Positions 11,316-23,334 of a DNA stretch of 64,000 nt are shown in pieces. Made by a program: the position numbers and the translations under genes. The stretch's first letter is position 1. Each line of letters begins with the position of its first letter. A model generated the notes under the pieces. The model saw only the letters and a list, made by a program, of their open reading frames with translations, did not search any database and was not told the DNA's origin. Origin of the DNA: Microthyrium microscopicum (taxonomy: Eukaryota); the NCBI GenBank assembly GCA_010405405.1, contig MU004232.1:2375481-2439480 (forward strand). Reading direction: 5' to 3'.

Positions 11316-12233
11316 CTAACCCACAACCAGCTGACCCTCTTCTGGGAAGTCGTACTCGGGTATTTCTAGATTAAGTGGTGCTGGGCCTCTTCGAATACGT
11401 CCGGAAATGTCGTAATGTGATCCGTGGCAGGGACAGAACCATCCACCGTAGTCACCAGCCTCACCTGCGATAGTTAGCAATATGTTTCGGGCACATGATA
11501 TTTCTGGCCTTGAGCTCACCTATCGGTACACAACCAAGATGTGTGCAGACACCTAGATCCATTAGTAATTGCTTCTTCTCAGACGCGAAGTCATCATACC
11601 AAGCATGACAAGCCACTCAGGCTTCTTCACTCGGTCAGAATCTGGTTGAGGGTCACGTAGAGATTCCCATTTTGCGCCCTCGGCTTCCTTAATTTCGTCC
11701 GCAGTTCGGTGGCGTATGAATACAGGCTTGCCTCGCCATTTTACGATAATCTAGCGTGTGTGAGCCTCCCTTGTATCAACCAAGAACTAGTGAATCATAC
11801 ATTTTTGCCTTCTGGAATTGCTGAAAGATCGATTTCGACTTTAGCCATGGCCAAAACGTCGGCAGAGGCAGCCATATTTTGCAAGAAGTCAACAACGGTA
11901 GCCTTGGCTCCCATTGCACTCAACTAGACATCCGTTAGCTACGCCTGGCTGGAACTAATACACCAAGCAAAGTATTCTGCTCAGTTTCGTGGAAACCCAT
12001 ACAGCACCAAAAGAGCCCGCCATCAGGTATTGAAACGTCTTGTTCTCATTCTCGCCGCCTTTGCTCTTGTAAGCATCGAAGCTGGGGATCTTGGTCGTGT
12101 CCCATGTTGGATATGAGGTGGATTGAGCGCGGTTTTGGGAGAGAGCGGCGGTGGCAGGAGCACGGAGGGCCGGTAACCGCTGTCTCGCACATGCGCGGAC
12201 AGCCTGGCTGGCCGTTGAGGTCAGAGGAGGCAT
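11316..12233 (-). CDS. RIP1: Cytochrome bc1 Rieske iron-sulfur subunit, mitochondrial, multi-exon
   Basis: Arg-rich presequence, [75 protein letters not shown]. Confidence 0.97.
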
Positions 12234-12861
12234 GAGGGAGGCGTGAGAGGGCGAGTTGGGGGTAATTGAGGTCGTCGATGGCAAAAGACTTTCTGGAGCT
12301 CTCAAAGTCGATGGCCAAAAGGCGAGTCTTGGCGGGCCAATTGGGATCGGCCCGAAAAATTCCTTGAGATTGGGCGCTAAGGCTGCAAGGCTGCAAGAGA
12401 TCACCAATTGGATAAAATCTAAATCTAACGGCACTTCTCTTGGCTGGAAGACAAGCTGGATTTCACATTGAACTCCCAGACTGAATATCTCCCCGTTGAA
12501 CAAAACATGCTGAAATCCAGTGTACAATATGCTCCCGAGGGGATTTGGGAAGGTGCAACGAACTGGCGCCTGCCGGCAATGGAAGCCTCTTCCACCTCAA
12601 GCTCCACGCGACGACGACGCGTCTAGAAACTAAACGGCCTCCAGTCAGAATTGCAACTTGATATCTCCAACACCCCGCAGGCCTTAATCTATAAATTCAT
12701 CTCAGTCTGCTGCGCCCTTTTCACGAATTTCAGTCAAAAGCTTCAGAGCATCTGTCGTTCCTACAGTCAAGCTGACGCCCCTGCGGTCTCCGCGCTGTAA
12801 CTGAAGTCCCTTTTGGGACACCGAACACCGACAAGAATTGTGACCGAACAACTGGTTCAAA

Positions 12862-13863
12862 ATGGCTCAGGCCGCAAAGAATCCTGCTCTTAAGCAGACT
12901 ACACTGGCCTTCTCTCCACGTCATGAATCTGACAAGAGAACCTATCCTACAACATCAAGTAATCAAGCCGGCGATAAGTCCAACCACAACAAGACCAAGA
13001 TAGCATACATCCTGGATGCTCAAACACAAATACCTGCAAAACGGAAGATAGATGATTCTCTCGATAGAGATTCCACAGGCCACATTTCCGACCAAGCACC
13101 TAGCCAAAAACGGAAAATGAGCGAACCTGTTGATTCTACGTTGGCGGACGAGACGGATAAAGCTGGAGCGAACCAGCAACAACAGATCACTTCCAACGAT
13201 CTTGTCAATCCCACTTCGACAGAACAACCCTCAGGAATAACCAAGGCCAATGGTTATGTCGACTCGACTCTGGTTCAATCGACTCACGGGATCAAAATTA
13301 CTGTCCAGCCGATGGATTTGTTTGCTGCACCAGAGAACTCGATATTAATGCATGCATGCAACTGTCAAGGAGATTGGGGTGGCGGTATTGCGTTGGCCTT
13401 CAAAAAGATATACCCAAACGCTTACCAGTTCCAACGAGATTATTGCTTGCGATTCGTCAGCGCCAAAACCAGTCAACAATTGGTCGGAACTGCGCTACTG
13501 ATACCACCTATGGACTCTGGAAATAAGCACTTCATCGGCTGCCTCTTCACCAGTCATCGATATGGTCGGGCGAAAGACTCTCCCGAAAAGATCCTGGAAT
13601 CTACAAAACCAGCAGTGGAGGCTATGTTTACGGTCATCAACAAGTGGAATGAGCGACATGAACCAGAAGAACAGTGTCAATATATGTACATGTGCAAAAT
13701 CAACTCTGGGCTGTTCAACGTGCCCTGGGAAAGCACCCAGGAGATCATCGAGGAACTGGACATGGAATTGAAAGGCGTCGCACGAGAGATCCTAGTTGCG
13801 GATGATATTCAGAAAGGTAAAAAGAAGAAGAACGTCAAGTTCATTCGGAAGCGGCACGATTAG
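12862..13863 (+). CDS. Macro-domain ADP-ribose-1''-phosphate phosphatase (Poa1p-like) with disordered N-terminal extension
   Basis: DLFAAPENSILMHACNCQGDWGGGIALAFKKIYP, IGCLFTS..YG and MCKINSGLFNVPWE are Poa1-type macro-domain motifs. Confidence 0.85.
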   Translation: MAQAAKNPALKQTTLAFSPRHESDKRTYPTTSSNQAGDKSNHNKTKIAYILDAQTQIPAKRKIDDSLDRDSTGHISDQAPSQKRKMSEPVDSTLADETDKAGANQQQQITSNDLVNPTSTEQPSGITKANGYVDSTLVQSTHGIKITVQPMDLFAAPENSILMHACNCQGDWGGGIALAFKKIYPNAYQFQRDYCLRFVSAKTSQQLVGTALLIPPMDSGNKHFIGCLFTSHRYGRAKDSPEKILESTKPAVEAMFTVINKWNERHEPEEQCQYMYMCKINSGLFNVPWESTQEIIEELDMELKGVAREILVADDIQKGKKKKNVKFIRKRHD

Positions 13864-13939
13864 TCCTTTGCAGCCTACGAATGCCATGGCTCTGTATATA
13901 GGTTTGTTGCTGTTTGGCTACAAATGTACTCTATTGGAT

Positions 13940-15524
13940 CTATGAATCTGTACACTTGTCAAATTTATCCCTGGACTCAAAGTTCACTTCCGCCTTGTTC
14001 TTGTCGCCAATTTTGATCACAGTCGGTTCTACATTAGGTTAGCCTCACTGATTATTGTCTAGAGTTAGCGATAAACTTACTTGAAGGGTCGTACATTGGC
14101 CAACCGAGCTTGTTCAAACCTTCCTTGGGATCCTTCGCAAACTCAGTCCACGCCAGCATCATGAGATTGGCCAGATGTCTCTCTTCTTCTGTGCTCTCTC
14201 GTCGATCGACCTGACCAAACACTAGAGCCAACTCAGAGCCATGACCTGCACCTGGTGTCTGGTCGTTTGGACTCCATTGTCCAGCATACACATAGCGCCA
14301 GGCGTTGACGCCAGCTTTGCGATATGCTTGTGCCTCAGCATCCGTAGGACAACCATCTTTCTCTGGAGGTCGGAACGAATCCGGTAGTGTTTGACCTCTC
14401 GCTTGGGCAAGCTTCAAGTAAAATCCACGCTCATAGTTTGTATTTCCGACAAGCAAAGGCTGACAAATTAGTATATCATCTCTCGTTAGAGTTTAATGAC
14501 TCACCAAATGGGCAAAGTTTCCTTCAGCTCTTCGCTTGTTGTAATCGGGCATAACACTTATACCATCGTAGCTAGGACCGAAGCCTCCAGCACCCAAGTT
14601 AGGTGTGACTCCCCGTCGCTCAATCGAATCAAGAATGTCTTCCCACTTCTTCGTCCTCATGCAAGGCATTGTCTTCTCGCCAGCTTCTTCACCTCCACAG
14701 CCTAGTTTCTGGCTAGCCTGGAACCAGCCGGAGGAAGCATTCACTGTTGGTGTTGCTGGATTGCTAGCCAAACCTGACTCTGCGATGAGTCCGTAAACGA
14801 TGGGATCCTTTGCATATGCAAACGAGTACATATCAACAGACGCGCTTCCAGCAGATTGTCCGAACAGGATCATTCGCTTAGGATCGCCACCAAAAGCCGC
14901 GATGCTACTATTGTCAGCATATAACCATAGTATAATCATTCGAAGAACTAACTTGTCTCTAATCCACTCAATAGCAAGCCGCTGATCGAGCAGCGCAGGA
15001 TTCTTTTCCTTCAACCAAGGAGCGCGTGGGAATCCAAAGATGTTGGTCCGGTAATTCATGCTAACGAGAACAACATCGTTATCATCAGCTAGTCGAGCAC
15101 CATCGTACAAAATGTCGCTGGTCTTTCCCATACCAAAGCCGCCTCCGTAAACCCAGATCATGACTGCCTTGGCCTTCTCGCCAGTTTGGGGCTTGGTCCA
15201 GACGTTGAGTGTGAGACAATCTTCGCCAGCTGTAGCATTTGCGCTTCGATCGGCCGGACCTCCAATGTTCTCAGGGCAGTTCTTTCCATATTTCGTTCCG
15301 TCGATGGGCTTGCTGCCAGTGAATGCCTTGGGTGGTGCAAATCTCAGGTCACCGACTGGTGGTTGGGCAAAGGGGATTCCGAGATACTCTGATACATCTG
15401 GCTTCCAACTTGACGCATGTCCTGTGACTGGACCACTTTTGGTATCGACTTTCTGGCCAATTGACCAAGTTGGCTTGGCGATGGCTAAAGAGCCCAAGCT
15501 CGCAATCAGCACAATGGACTTCAT
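13940..15524 (-). CDS. Secreted type-B carboxylesterase/cholinesterase-like alpha/beta hydrolase, 3 introns
   Basis: Signal peptide, YLGIPFAQPPVGDLRF, EDCLTLNVW, WVYGGGF, GGDPKRMILFGQSAG (nucleophile elbow) and GHGSEL. The last exon ends ...DKFDKCTDS* at 13940. Confidence 0.92.
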
Positions 15525-16066
15525 TATTCCTATTGTATGATTCGACAAAAATTTACATTCTCGGGGGATTACTTCTACATATATGTTGTCTCATAAGTAG
15601 ACACTGAGAGAACTAGTACAGGTACTAGTAAAAAAATACTAGATGAATAATCTATCCAAGGCATTATTGAGATCGATTTCTCCCGGGGTGCCGAAACAGG
15701 TCAACAGCTCGACAGACTTGTCAACGTTGTAGTACTATGCACTGGACTGTAGATTGAAGTTTATAGTGAAATAGACACTGTTATAGCTTCATGGCTATAG
15801 CGTGAAGCGGCCAGGCAATTTACCTCGGTTGGGTTACCTGTTCCGTGCCAATTAGCCATGTCCTGATAAATTCAGGTACCCGCACAGTCCAACACGGTCT
15901 ATTTATTTCAATAGCCAAATGGCCCAAAGAATCATTGTAGTAATACTCGTCGACATAGAATTAAGTTAGCGGTGATTGGTTAGAAATAGAGAAGGCTGAG
16001 AACGCGGGACAAGGCTGAGATGCGGCAAAGGTGAAGCAGGGCCCGGCCACGGCCGCACGCTAATGA

Positions 16067-16076
16067 ATTGCACCAT
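16067..16076. promoter_or_regulatory. Possible CYS3/MetR bZIP sulfur-regulon site upstream of sulfite reductase
   Basis: ATTGCACCAT (reverse complement ATGGTGCAAT) matches 9 of 10 positions of the Neurospora CYS3 consensus ATGRYRYCAT and lies ~160 nt upstream of the start codon. Confidence 0.3.
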
Positions 16077-16234
16077 TCTGTCACACGGAAACTTTTTTGG
16101 TTCTTCGCCATTATTCATGATTCACCAGTTACTCCACTCTTCTTCTTCCTTTTATGTCCCAATGGCTGGGTAGATATCGTCCTCTACACTCCCTCCAGCT
16201 TCTCTCATCTGTTTAACTCTTCATTTTCTTTGTC

Positions 16235-19200
16235 ATGGCAAACGGCGTAGAATCGCAGAATGCCCTCGGCGCAAGAGGTATGCTAGCTACCCCACACAAT
16301 TCATCCCAGCCAGTTCTTGATATTGCTACACAAGCCATGAATATCTTGAAGATTTACTAATTAGAGTATAGTTGCTGAAATAGCATACCAATGCAGTGAT
16401 GTTGTTGTATCAGTACAGCCAACACTTGCTACCGAGTCCGCTTTCTCTACTCAACTCCAAGCTTTAGCTGAAGGACAAGCCGTCAGTCGCGTTTCTCGCA
16501 AACCTGCGGAGGTCTGTTAGAATCATATCTTTGGATAGCAATCAATGTATACTGACAATTGGTTAGGTTATCCACGTTAGAAACAATGCCGATCCGTTGC
16601 TTTCAGTATTTCGACCCATTCGAGAAGGCAAATTGACATCGGTCACTACATCGTCTTCTATTCTCTTACGCGCCATCCCACATTTATACAAGTTGGCCAA
16701 TTACCCTGTTGTCATTCATGTAGCGTTGGAACCATCACAATACCCGGATTACTCGAACATTACCGCTATAAGAAACTGCGGATTCACCTTTTTGCAATCG
16801 TCAACAGCGGAAGATGTTCAAGATATTGGGATCAGTGCTCATGCATTGGCTATAAAGTCCGGCAAAGGAGTGATTCACTTTTTCAATCTCGCAAATGGAC
16901 AGCAGGAAGCCATTGAGCCTCTGGATCCCCAAGCGCTAGAGATTGTGGACCTCGACACTGCACATTTATTCCAATCCAAGAAGTCGAGCGAATCTGCGAT
17001 ATACGTTGACGAGGGAAGACAAGCCAATCTCACCATAATCGGCGGACCAGATCGGGATACTCCAGCAATTACTCAGCCAGCGACCAACGGGACTAATGGA
17101 ACCAACGGAACCAATGGCCACAAAGCACCTCAGTCTAAAGCGCCAGGAATTTCACACGAATCTTCTGTAGCATCATCAAATCGCGCAAGCAGCGTAAGCA
17201 CAGATCAAGATGCGACTTCAGAAGCTACTTCTGTCGAACCAATAACTATTCGACCAGTCACATCGGAGGACATCTACCAAATTCTCACTACTACCTGGTC
17301 TCGGCTGAGTGCCATCACAGGTAGAAGCTACGCACCCTTCGAATATCATGGCCCAGGCGATGCAGAAGTTGTAATCTTGGTTTTCGGTGGCGATGAGGCC
17401 GAGTTTAGTTCCGCAATCAAGAGCTCTTCATTGGGCAAGGTTGGTATCCTTACCATTCGACTTTATCGACCATGGCTAGGAGCAAAATTGGCCGCAGTCC
17501 TGCCAAAGACGGCCAAGAAGGTTGCTGTGCTCGAACAAATTAGGCGAAAGACTACCAAATGGGGTCCTCTATTCTTAGACACTTTACAGTCTGTACGCTC
17601 GGCAGGTGGTTCGCCTCTGGAGATTGTGGGCTACCAGCTAGGCCACGTCCACCAAGCCTCCATACCGCAAGCCCTCAAGATTGTAACTGATAACATTCAA
17701 CAAGAAAAGCCTGCACAAAATGTGGTAATTGGTAGCGTGGACGGTCCACAGGAAACCTCTACAGCAGTCGCTCAGCCCCAAGTCGAGAATGCCTACATGA
17801 AAGTTCTCAGTCAACTATTTGGTCACCGATTATACATTGCCAACCAACTCGGAGCAGAGAGTACTGGCGTTTCGACAGAGGTCACAGCAACTCCAGAATA
17901 CGGCTTTGGTGCTTTGACTGCACGCATCGAGCGCCGACAGCGTCTTGTGAAGCAAGTGGAAGGTGCTCTCGCGGAGAACAAATTTTCCTCAAAAAAGCCC
18001 GTTGACGTGCTATCGAAGTGGCTCGTAAACTCTGAGAACTCTGACCAGTCGAATGAGCTGGCATCGGAGGTTATTTCCAGCCTAACTGCCGATAAATCTC
18101 CAGTCGCGTCACAACTTCTTGGCGAAAAATCACATTTTTATAAAGAGTCACAATGGCTTATTGGATCCGATGCCTGGTCATACGATTTGGGTAACTCTGG
18201 TGTTCACCATGTCATTGCCTCTGGGGCAAACGTAAACATGCTCATTATCGACTCGACCCCATACTCCAAACGTGCAGCTATCAATGCTGAGCAACGCAAG
18301 AAAGATATCGGTCTTTATGCCATGAACTTTGGCAATGCCTACGTTGCTTCAGTTGCTGTCTACAGCTCCTACACGCAGGTGCTAGAAGCTATGATCGAAG
18401 CTGACCAATTCAAGGGTCCTTCGATCGTTCTAGCCTATCTGCCATATAACAAGGAGGATGAGAGTCCCCTGACGATACTGCAAGAGACCAAGAACGCTGT
18501 GGATATTGGATATTGGCCGCTGTACCGCTGGAATCCACATCCAGAAAAGCCAGAGGACCGCTTCCATCTCGATTCAGAGCGACTAAAGAAGGAGGTTGAG
18601 GACTTTTTGCGGAGAGATAATTATCTCACTCAGGTTATGCGACGTCATCCAGAGTTTGCAAACAATCTTTCTGGGTCATACGGCTCCGAAGTACGAAGCT
18701 TGCAGAAGCGGAGGGCTAAGGATGCCTATGAACAACTTCTCGAAGGGCTAGCCGGCGCCCCAATGACGGTACTTTTCGCTTCAGACAACGGCAATGCTGA
18801 AAACTTGGCCAAGAGGTTAGGCAATCGAGGCAAAGCGAGAGGACTCAAGACTATTGTCATGGCCATGGACGATTACCCAATGGAAGATTTATATTCCGAG
18901 GAGAACGTTGTCATGCTTTCAAGTACAGCTGGTCAGGGTGAATTCCCACAAAATGGTCGCAGTTTCTGGGAGGCTGTTAAAAACTCGACAGATCTTGACC
19001 TGGCTACCGTCAACTTTGCAGTATTTGCGCTTGGTGATAGCCATTATTGGCCACGGAAGGAAGACAAGATCTATTACAACAAGCCAGGAAAAGATCTACA
19101 CAACCGTCTCGTAACTCTAGGCGGCTCGCCGTTGACTGACTGCGGTCTCGGCGATGATCAAGATCCAGATGGCTTCCAAACTGGTTATGCAGATTGGGAG

Positions 19201-21037
19201 GCACTTTTGTGGAAAGCGCTGGGTGTTGATAAAGTTGAAGGCTTACCAGATGAGCCTCCACCAATTACCAACGAAGATATCAAGATTGAATCCAACTTCC
19301 TCCGAGGCACAATCAAAGAAGGCCTTGAAGACACTACAACTGGTGCAATCTCCGCCAGCGATCAGCAACTTACAAAGTTCCACGGCACTTATATGCAGGA
19401 CGATCGAGATCTTCGCGACGAACGCAAAGAACAAGGCTTGGAGCCAGCATATTCGTTCATGATCCGGTGTCGACTTGCTGGAGGTATTTCAACTCCTCAG
19501 CAATGGATCCAGATGGATGATATCAGCACTGAGCTAGGCAACCAAACCATGAAGCTCACCACTCGACAAACCTTCCAGTTCCATGGCGTAGTCAAGGGCA
19601 AGCTACGACCTGCCATGCAAGCTATCAACCGAGCTCTAATGACGACTATCGCCGCCTGTGGTGATGTCAACCGAAATGTCATGTGTAGCAGTCTCCCACA
19701 AGCATCCAAATATCACTCAGAAGTATGGGCAGTATCACAGAAAATATCCGATCATCTCCTACCATCCACAACGGCTTATCACGAAATATGGCTACAAGAA
19801 GAGAACGGCTCAAAGACTCAAGTTGCCGGCAATGCCATTGTAGACCATGAGCCAATGTATGGCCCAACCTACCTCCCTCGAAAGTTCAAAATCACCATCG
19901 CCATCCCTCCTCACAACGACACCGATGTGTACGCCCACGACATCGGTCTAATTGCCATCAAAGGCTCTGATGGCCATCTCAAAGGCTTCAACCTTCTCGC
20001 CGGCGGCGGCATGGGCGTAACGCACAACAATAAGAAGACCTATCCGCAAGTAGGCCGCATGTTCGGCTACGTGCCCAAAGATGTCGTACATCTAGCCTGC
20101 GAAAAGATCATGCTCGTCCAGCGCGACAACGGCGACCGCAAAAACCGCAAACACGCCCGTCTAAAGTACACCATCGACGATATGGGACTGGACGTTTTCA
20201 TCAGCGCCGTCGAAGCCCTTCTGCCCTTCAAGTTCGAGCCACCCAAACCCTTCAAGTTCGCCAGCAACATTGACACGTTCGGCTGGCAAAAGGACGAAAA
20301 TGGGTTGAACCACTTCACCTTCTTCATCGAGAACGGCCGTATCGAGGACACGCCTGACTTTGCCATGAAAACCGGCCTTCGCGAAATCGCCAAAGTCCTC
20401 AAAGGCGAGTTCCGTCTAACAGGAAACCAGCATCTCATCGTGTCCAACGTGGCTGATGCAGGTCTCCCCGCCATTAAAAAGCTTATGAAGAAATATAAGC
20501 TCGACAACACCAATTTCTCCGGCCTCCGCCTCTCATCGTCCGCTTGCGTAGCCTTCCCAACCTGTGGTCTCGCCATGGCCGAATCAGAGCGCTATCTCCC
20601 CGAACTCATCACAAAACTGGAGTCTACTCTCGAGGAAGCTGGTCTCCGTCAAGACAGCATTGTAATGCGCATGACAGGTTGTCCAAACGGATGTGCAAGA
20701 CCGTGGCTGGCAGAAGTCGCATTCGTGGGCAAAGCGTTTGGCGCGTACAACATGTACCTTGGCGGTGGATATCATGGACAGCGGCTGAATAAGCTGTATC
20801 GTTCAAGTATCAAGGAAGATGAGATCTTGGAGATTATGAAGCCGCTGATTGGACGGTATGCGAAGGAGCGGGAGGAGGGTGAGCGATTCGGAGATTTCTG
20901 TATTCGCATTGGAATGATTGTGGCTACCAAGGAGGGCCGGGATTTCCATGATAATGCAAGTTGTGACACTATCCTAATCTAGAACGCTTTGCTAACCTTT
21001 ATTTCAGACTGCGGAAGTTGAAGAGGACGATGAGTAA
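16235..21037 (+). CDS. MET5: Assimilatory sulfite reductase [NADPH] beta (hemoprotein) subunit
   Basis: PFOR-like N-terminus (WLIGSDAWSYDLGNSGVHH), flavodoxin (FASDNGNAE, STAGQGEFP, LGDSHY) and siroheme/4Fe-4S motifs (ACGDVNRN, CVAFPTCGLA, MTGCPNGC). Two short 5' exons, and a terminal exon after a GC-AG intron (20956-21007). An alternative start at 16260 is possible. Confidence 0.95.
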
Positions 21038-21365
21038 AGCAGAGTGGTGTTGCTGGAATTATGATAGTACGACTATGACGGGTATGATAATGGTATAAGC
21101 CGCATTTGAGTTGATTTAAGTATATAGATTATTTGTTGTAGGTAGGCGAACTGAAAAGGCGTAGCGGTAGAATTGATAGGAGTCGTTTCTTGTCTTCTCT
21201 CTCATATACTTTTGGATATATTACAAGCTGCATCATGCCTTTATCTGCGGCTTCAGCTCCAATAGTTTCAATGTCCAATGCATCGTTGCTGTATGATACA
21301 CCACATTTTAACGCCTCATTCAATCAAAAGTGCTCGCTAACCAATCGACAACGCTTCTGTGGTAT

Positions 21366-22271
21366 TTATTGCGGGTGTTTCTTGTTATGAGCACGCTCAA
21401 CCGCCTCCTGAGCCGTCGCCATCTCCTTTTTATGTCTCAACTGGCGTTCCTTTTCCCTCTTCTCCTCAGCAGCAATAACCTCTGTCAAACAGATTAGTCC
21501 CCGTCCTCTTAAAAACCACACATCAAACTTACCCATCCACTGATCCTCCCCCTCATACCGCTCATGATGCACCTTCTTCTCAATCATCCTCTGATGCATC
21601 GGATCCTCCGGATCCAACACCTTCACCGTCTCCCACCGACCCTTACTCTGCGCCACATCTCTCGCCTCGAGTCCAAAACTCGCCAACAGTACCGCCAACG
21701 TCAACCCCTGCGCATACACTCTGCTCTGCACCAACTTTTGCCCCGTAGATAAGTATGGGTTTCTCCGCACGAGCGCGAGCGCGACGCCCATGGAGGCGAG
21801 CCAGCCGGCGCACACGATGGAGTAGCGGTTATCGCCGGCCCAGTCTTTGGCGCGTGTGGCGAAGGGTTTGGTGGCTTCGAGACGGTCGGCTTCGGAGACG
21901 TGTTGGCTGTAGGCGAGGCGTTGGGCGTTGCGGTGGAGTTCGTAGTTGCGGGAGGCGCGGTCGGCGCCGATTATTACTGCGAGGGGTTGTTAGAGTGTGA
22001 AAGGGGAAGGGGAGAGGGGGAATAGGTACGTGTGAATGTTGCGGAGGATGTTGCGAGGAAGGCTTTTAGTTGGGGGGTTAGACTGCGGAAGGCAGGGAAA
22101 CGTCGGTTCGCGAGGAGGATTCCTGCTGAGCCTATTCCAAGACCAAGGGCGCCGCCGATGGCACCGCCTTTGAGAGTTGCACTGGAGAGGGTTAGTTGGT
22201 GGTGTGTATGAGATGGGTGGTGGTGTTTACTTGTAGTGGGCGGCCTCTTCTTCTTTGGTGAGGATTTTCAT
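21366..22271 (-). CDS. RCF2: HIG1-domain respiratory supercomplex factor 2, 3 introns
   Basis: MKILTKEEEAAHY, GDNRYSIVCAGWLASM, LSTGQKLVQSRVYAQGLTLAVL and HHERYEGEDQW. Confidence 0.9.
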
Positions 22272-23334
22272 GGTTTGATAAGGAAGATATAGATGTGAGA
22301 GATGTAAGAGTATGTGATTGATGCTGAATTGAAGATTCTCAAGTGGCGAGCTTCACGGTGGGACTATATAAGGAGAGAGCTCAGTAAAGCTTGCTAAGCT
22401 TGATGCCGTGGTGTGATATATTGCGGCGGGCGAGAAAGATTTGCAAGGAGTGGTGGCAGTGGCATGACTGAAGCAAGCCCGCTCCAAAACGATACATGAC
22501 GTCGGAGACTTCAACGGCCTACACTCGGGATGCCGGCGATTGGACAATGGCTTTGCTGACTTACTGAGGCTCTTTGTGCCTCGTCCGAGTTTGTTTCTGT
22601 CTTCATTGATTTTGCTTGCGGCATTTGGTCGCCGCTGCGGCATGTCGCACGAGAGAACCAAAATTTCGCGTCTTTTTCAAGGGGCAGATAATAACGAGGT
22701 GCTCTAGCTCTGTACTCACATGATGTAGATATATTTTGGTTTGATACAATTATTTACTGAATATTTTTGATGGGAGGAGATGTGGAAGGATTTCATATTC
22801 TTTCGTCATTCGTGTCAGGACTCAGGAAGAGCAGCTACTAAGTTAATACTTCATTGGTACCATATCTCGCTCGCGCTCAATTGACCAGTATCAAGGCAAT
22901 CGCTACTCCATTCATTTTACTTCTTTGTTAGTGAAAAAAATTACAGCGAGAAAGAGAATCATCAACTTCCAACCAGGAGATCGATATCTGTAAACAGACG
23001 CGTTTATGGCGGCTATTGATCTAGATTGCCGCGCTAAGCCACGTGTGAGACTTTCCAACTCTTTCAAGTCCACGTTCTCAACGAGATCATCCCCCCTCTA
23101 ACCTCATCTCAATCATTGCTTCTCATCTAGAGACCATACATGTTAAGCTTCACAGGAAACAACCGGGCACACATTGTGTAGATATCATAATCTATTCATT
23201 TCTAATCAAAAGAATCCTGCTGATCATCCCTAACATAAGGAAGGATAAACCAGTCTTTATACCCAATCCAAATCCCAAAACTCCTGTACGATGCGTGAAA
23301 AGACTGGAAAGAGCGAGGACAATGACCTCCAGAT

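Noticed and set aside
15590..15660. AT-rich patch with repeated CTAG/TAGTA, resembling RIP-mutated DNA
   Set aside because: Too short, and no repeat partner or transposon feature is visible.
17083..17120. TNGTNGTNGTNG micro-repeat in sulfite reductase
   Set aside because: Ordinary low-complexity linker, common in fungal proteins.
20067..20576. Long antisense ORFs within MET5 (likewise within FAA2-like, the carboxylesterase and others)
   Set aside because: Expected by-product of codon bias in the sense gene.
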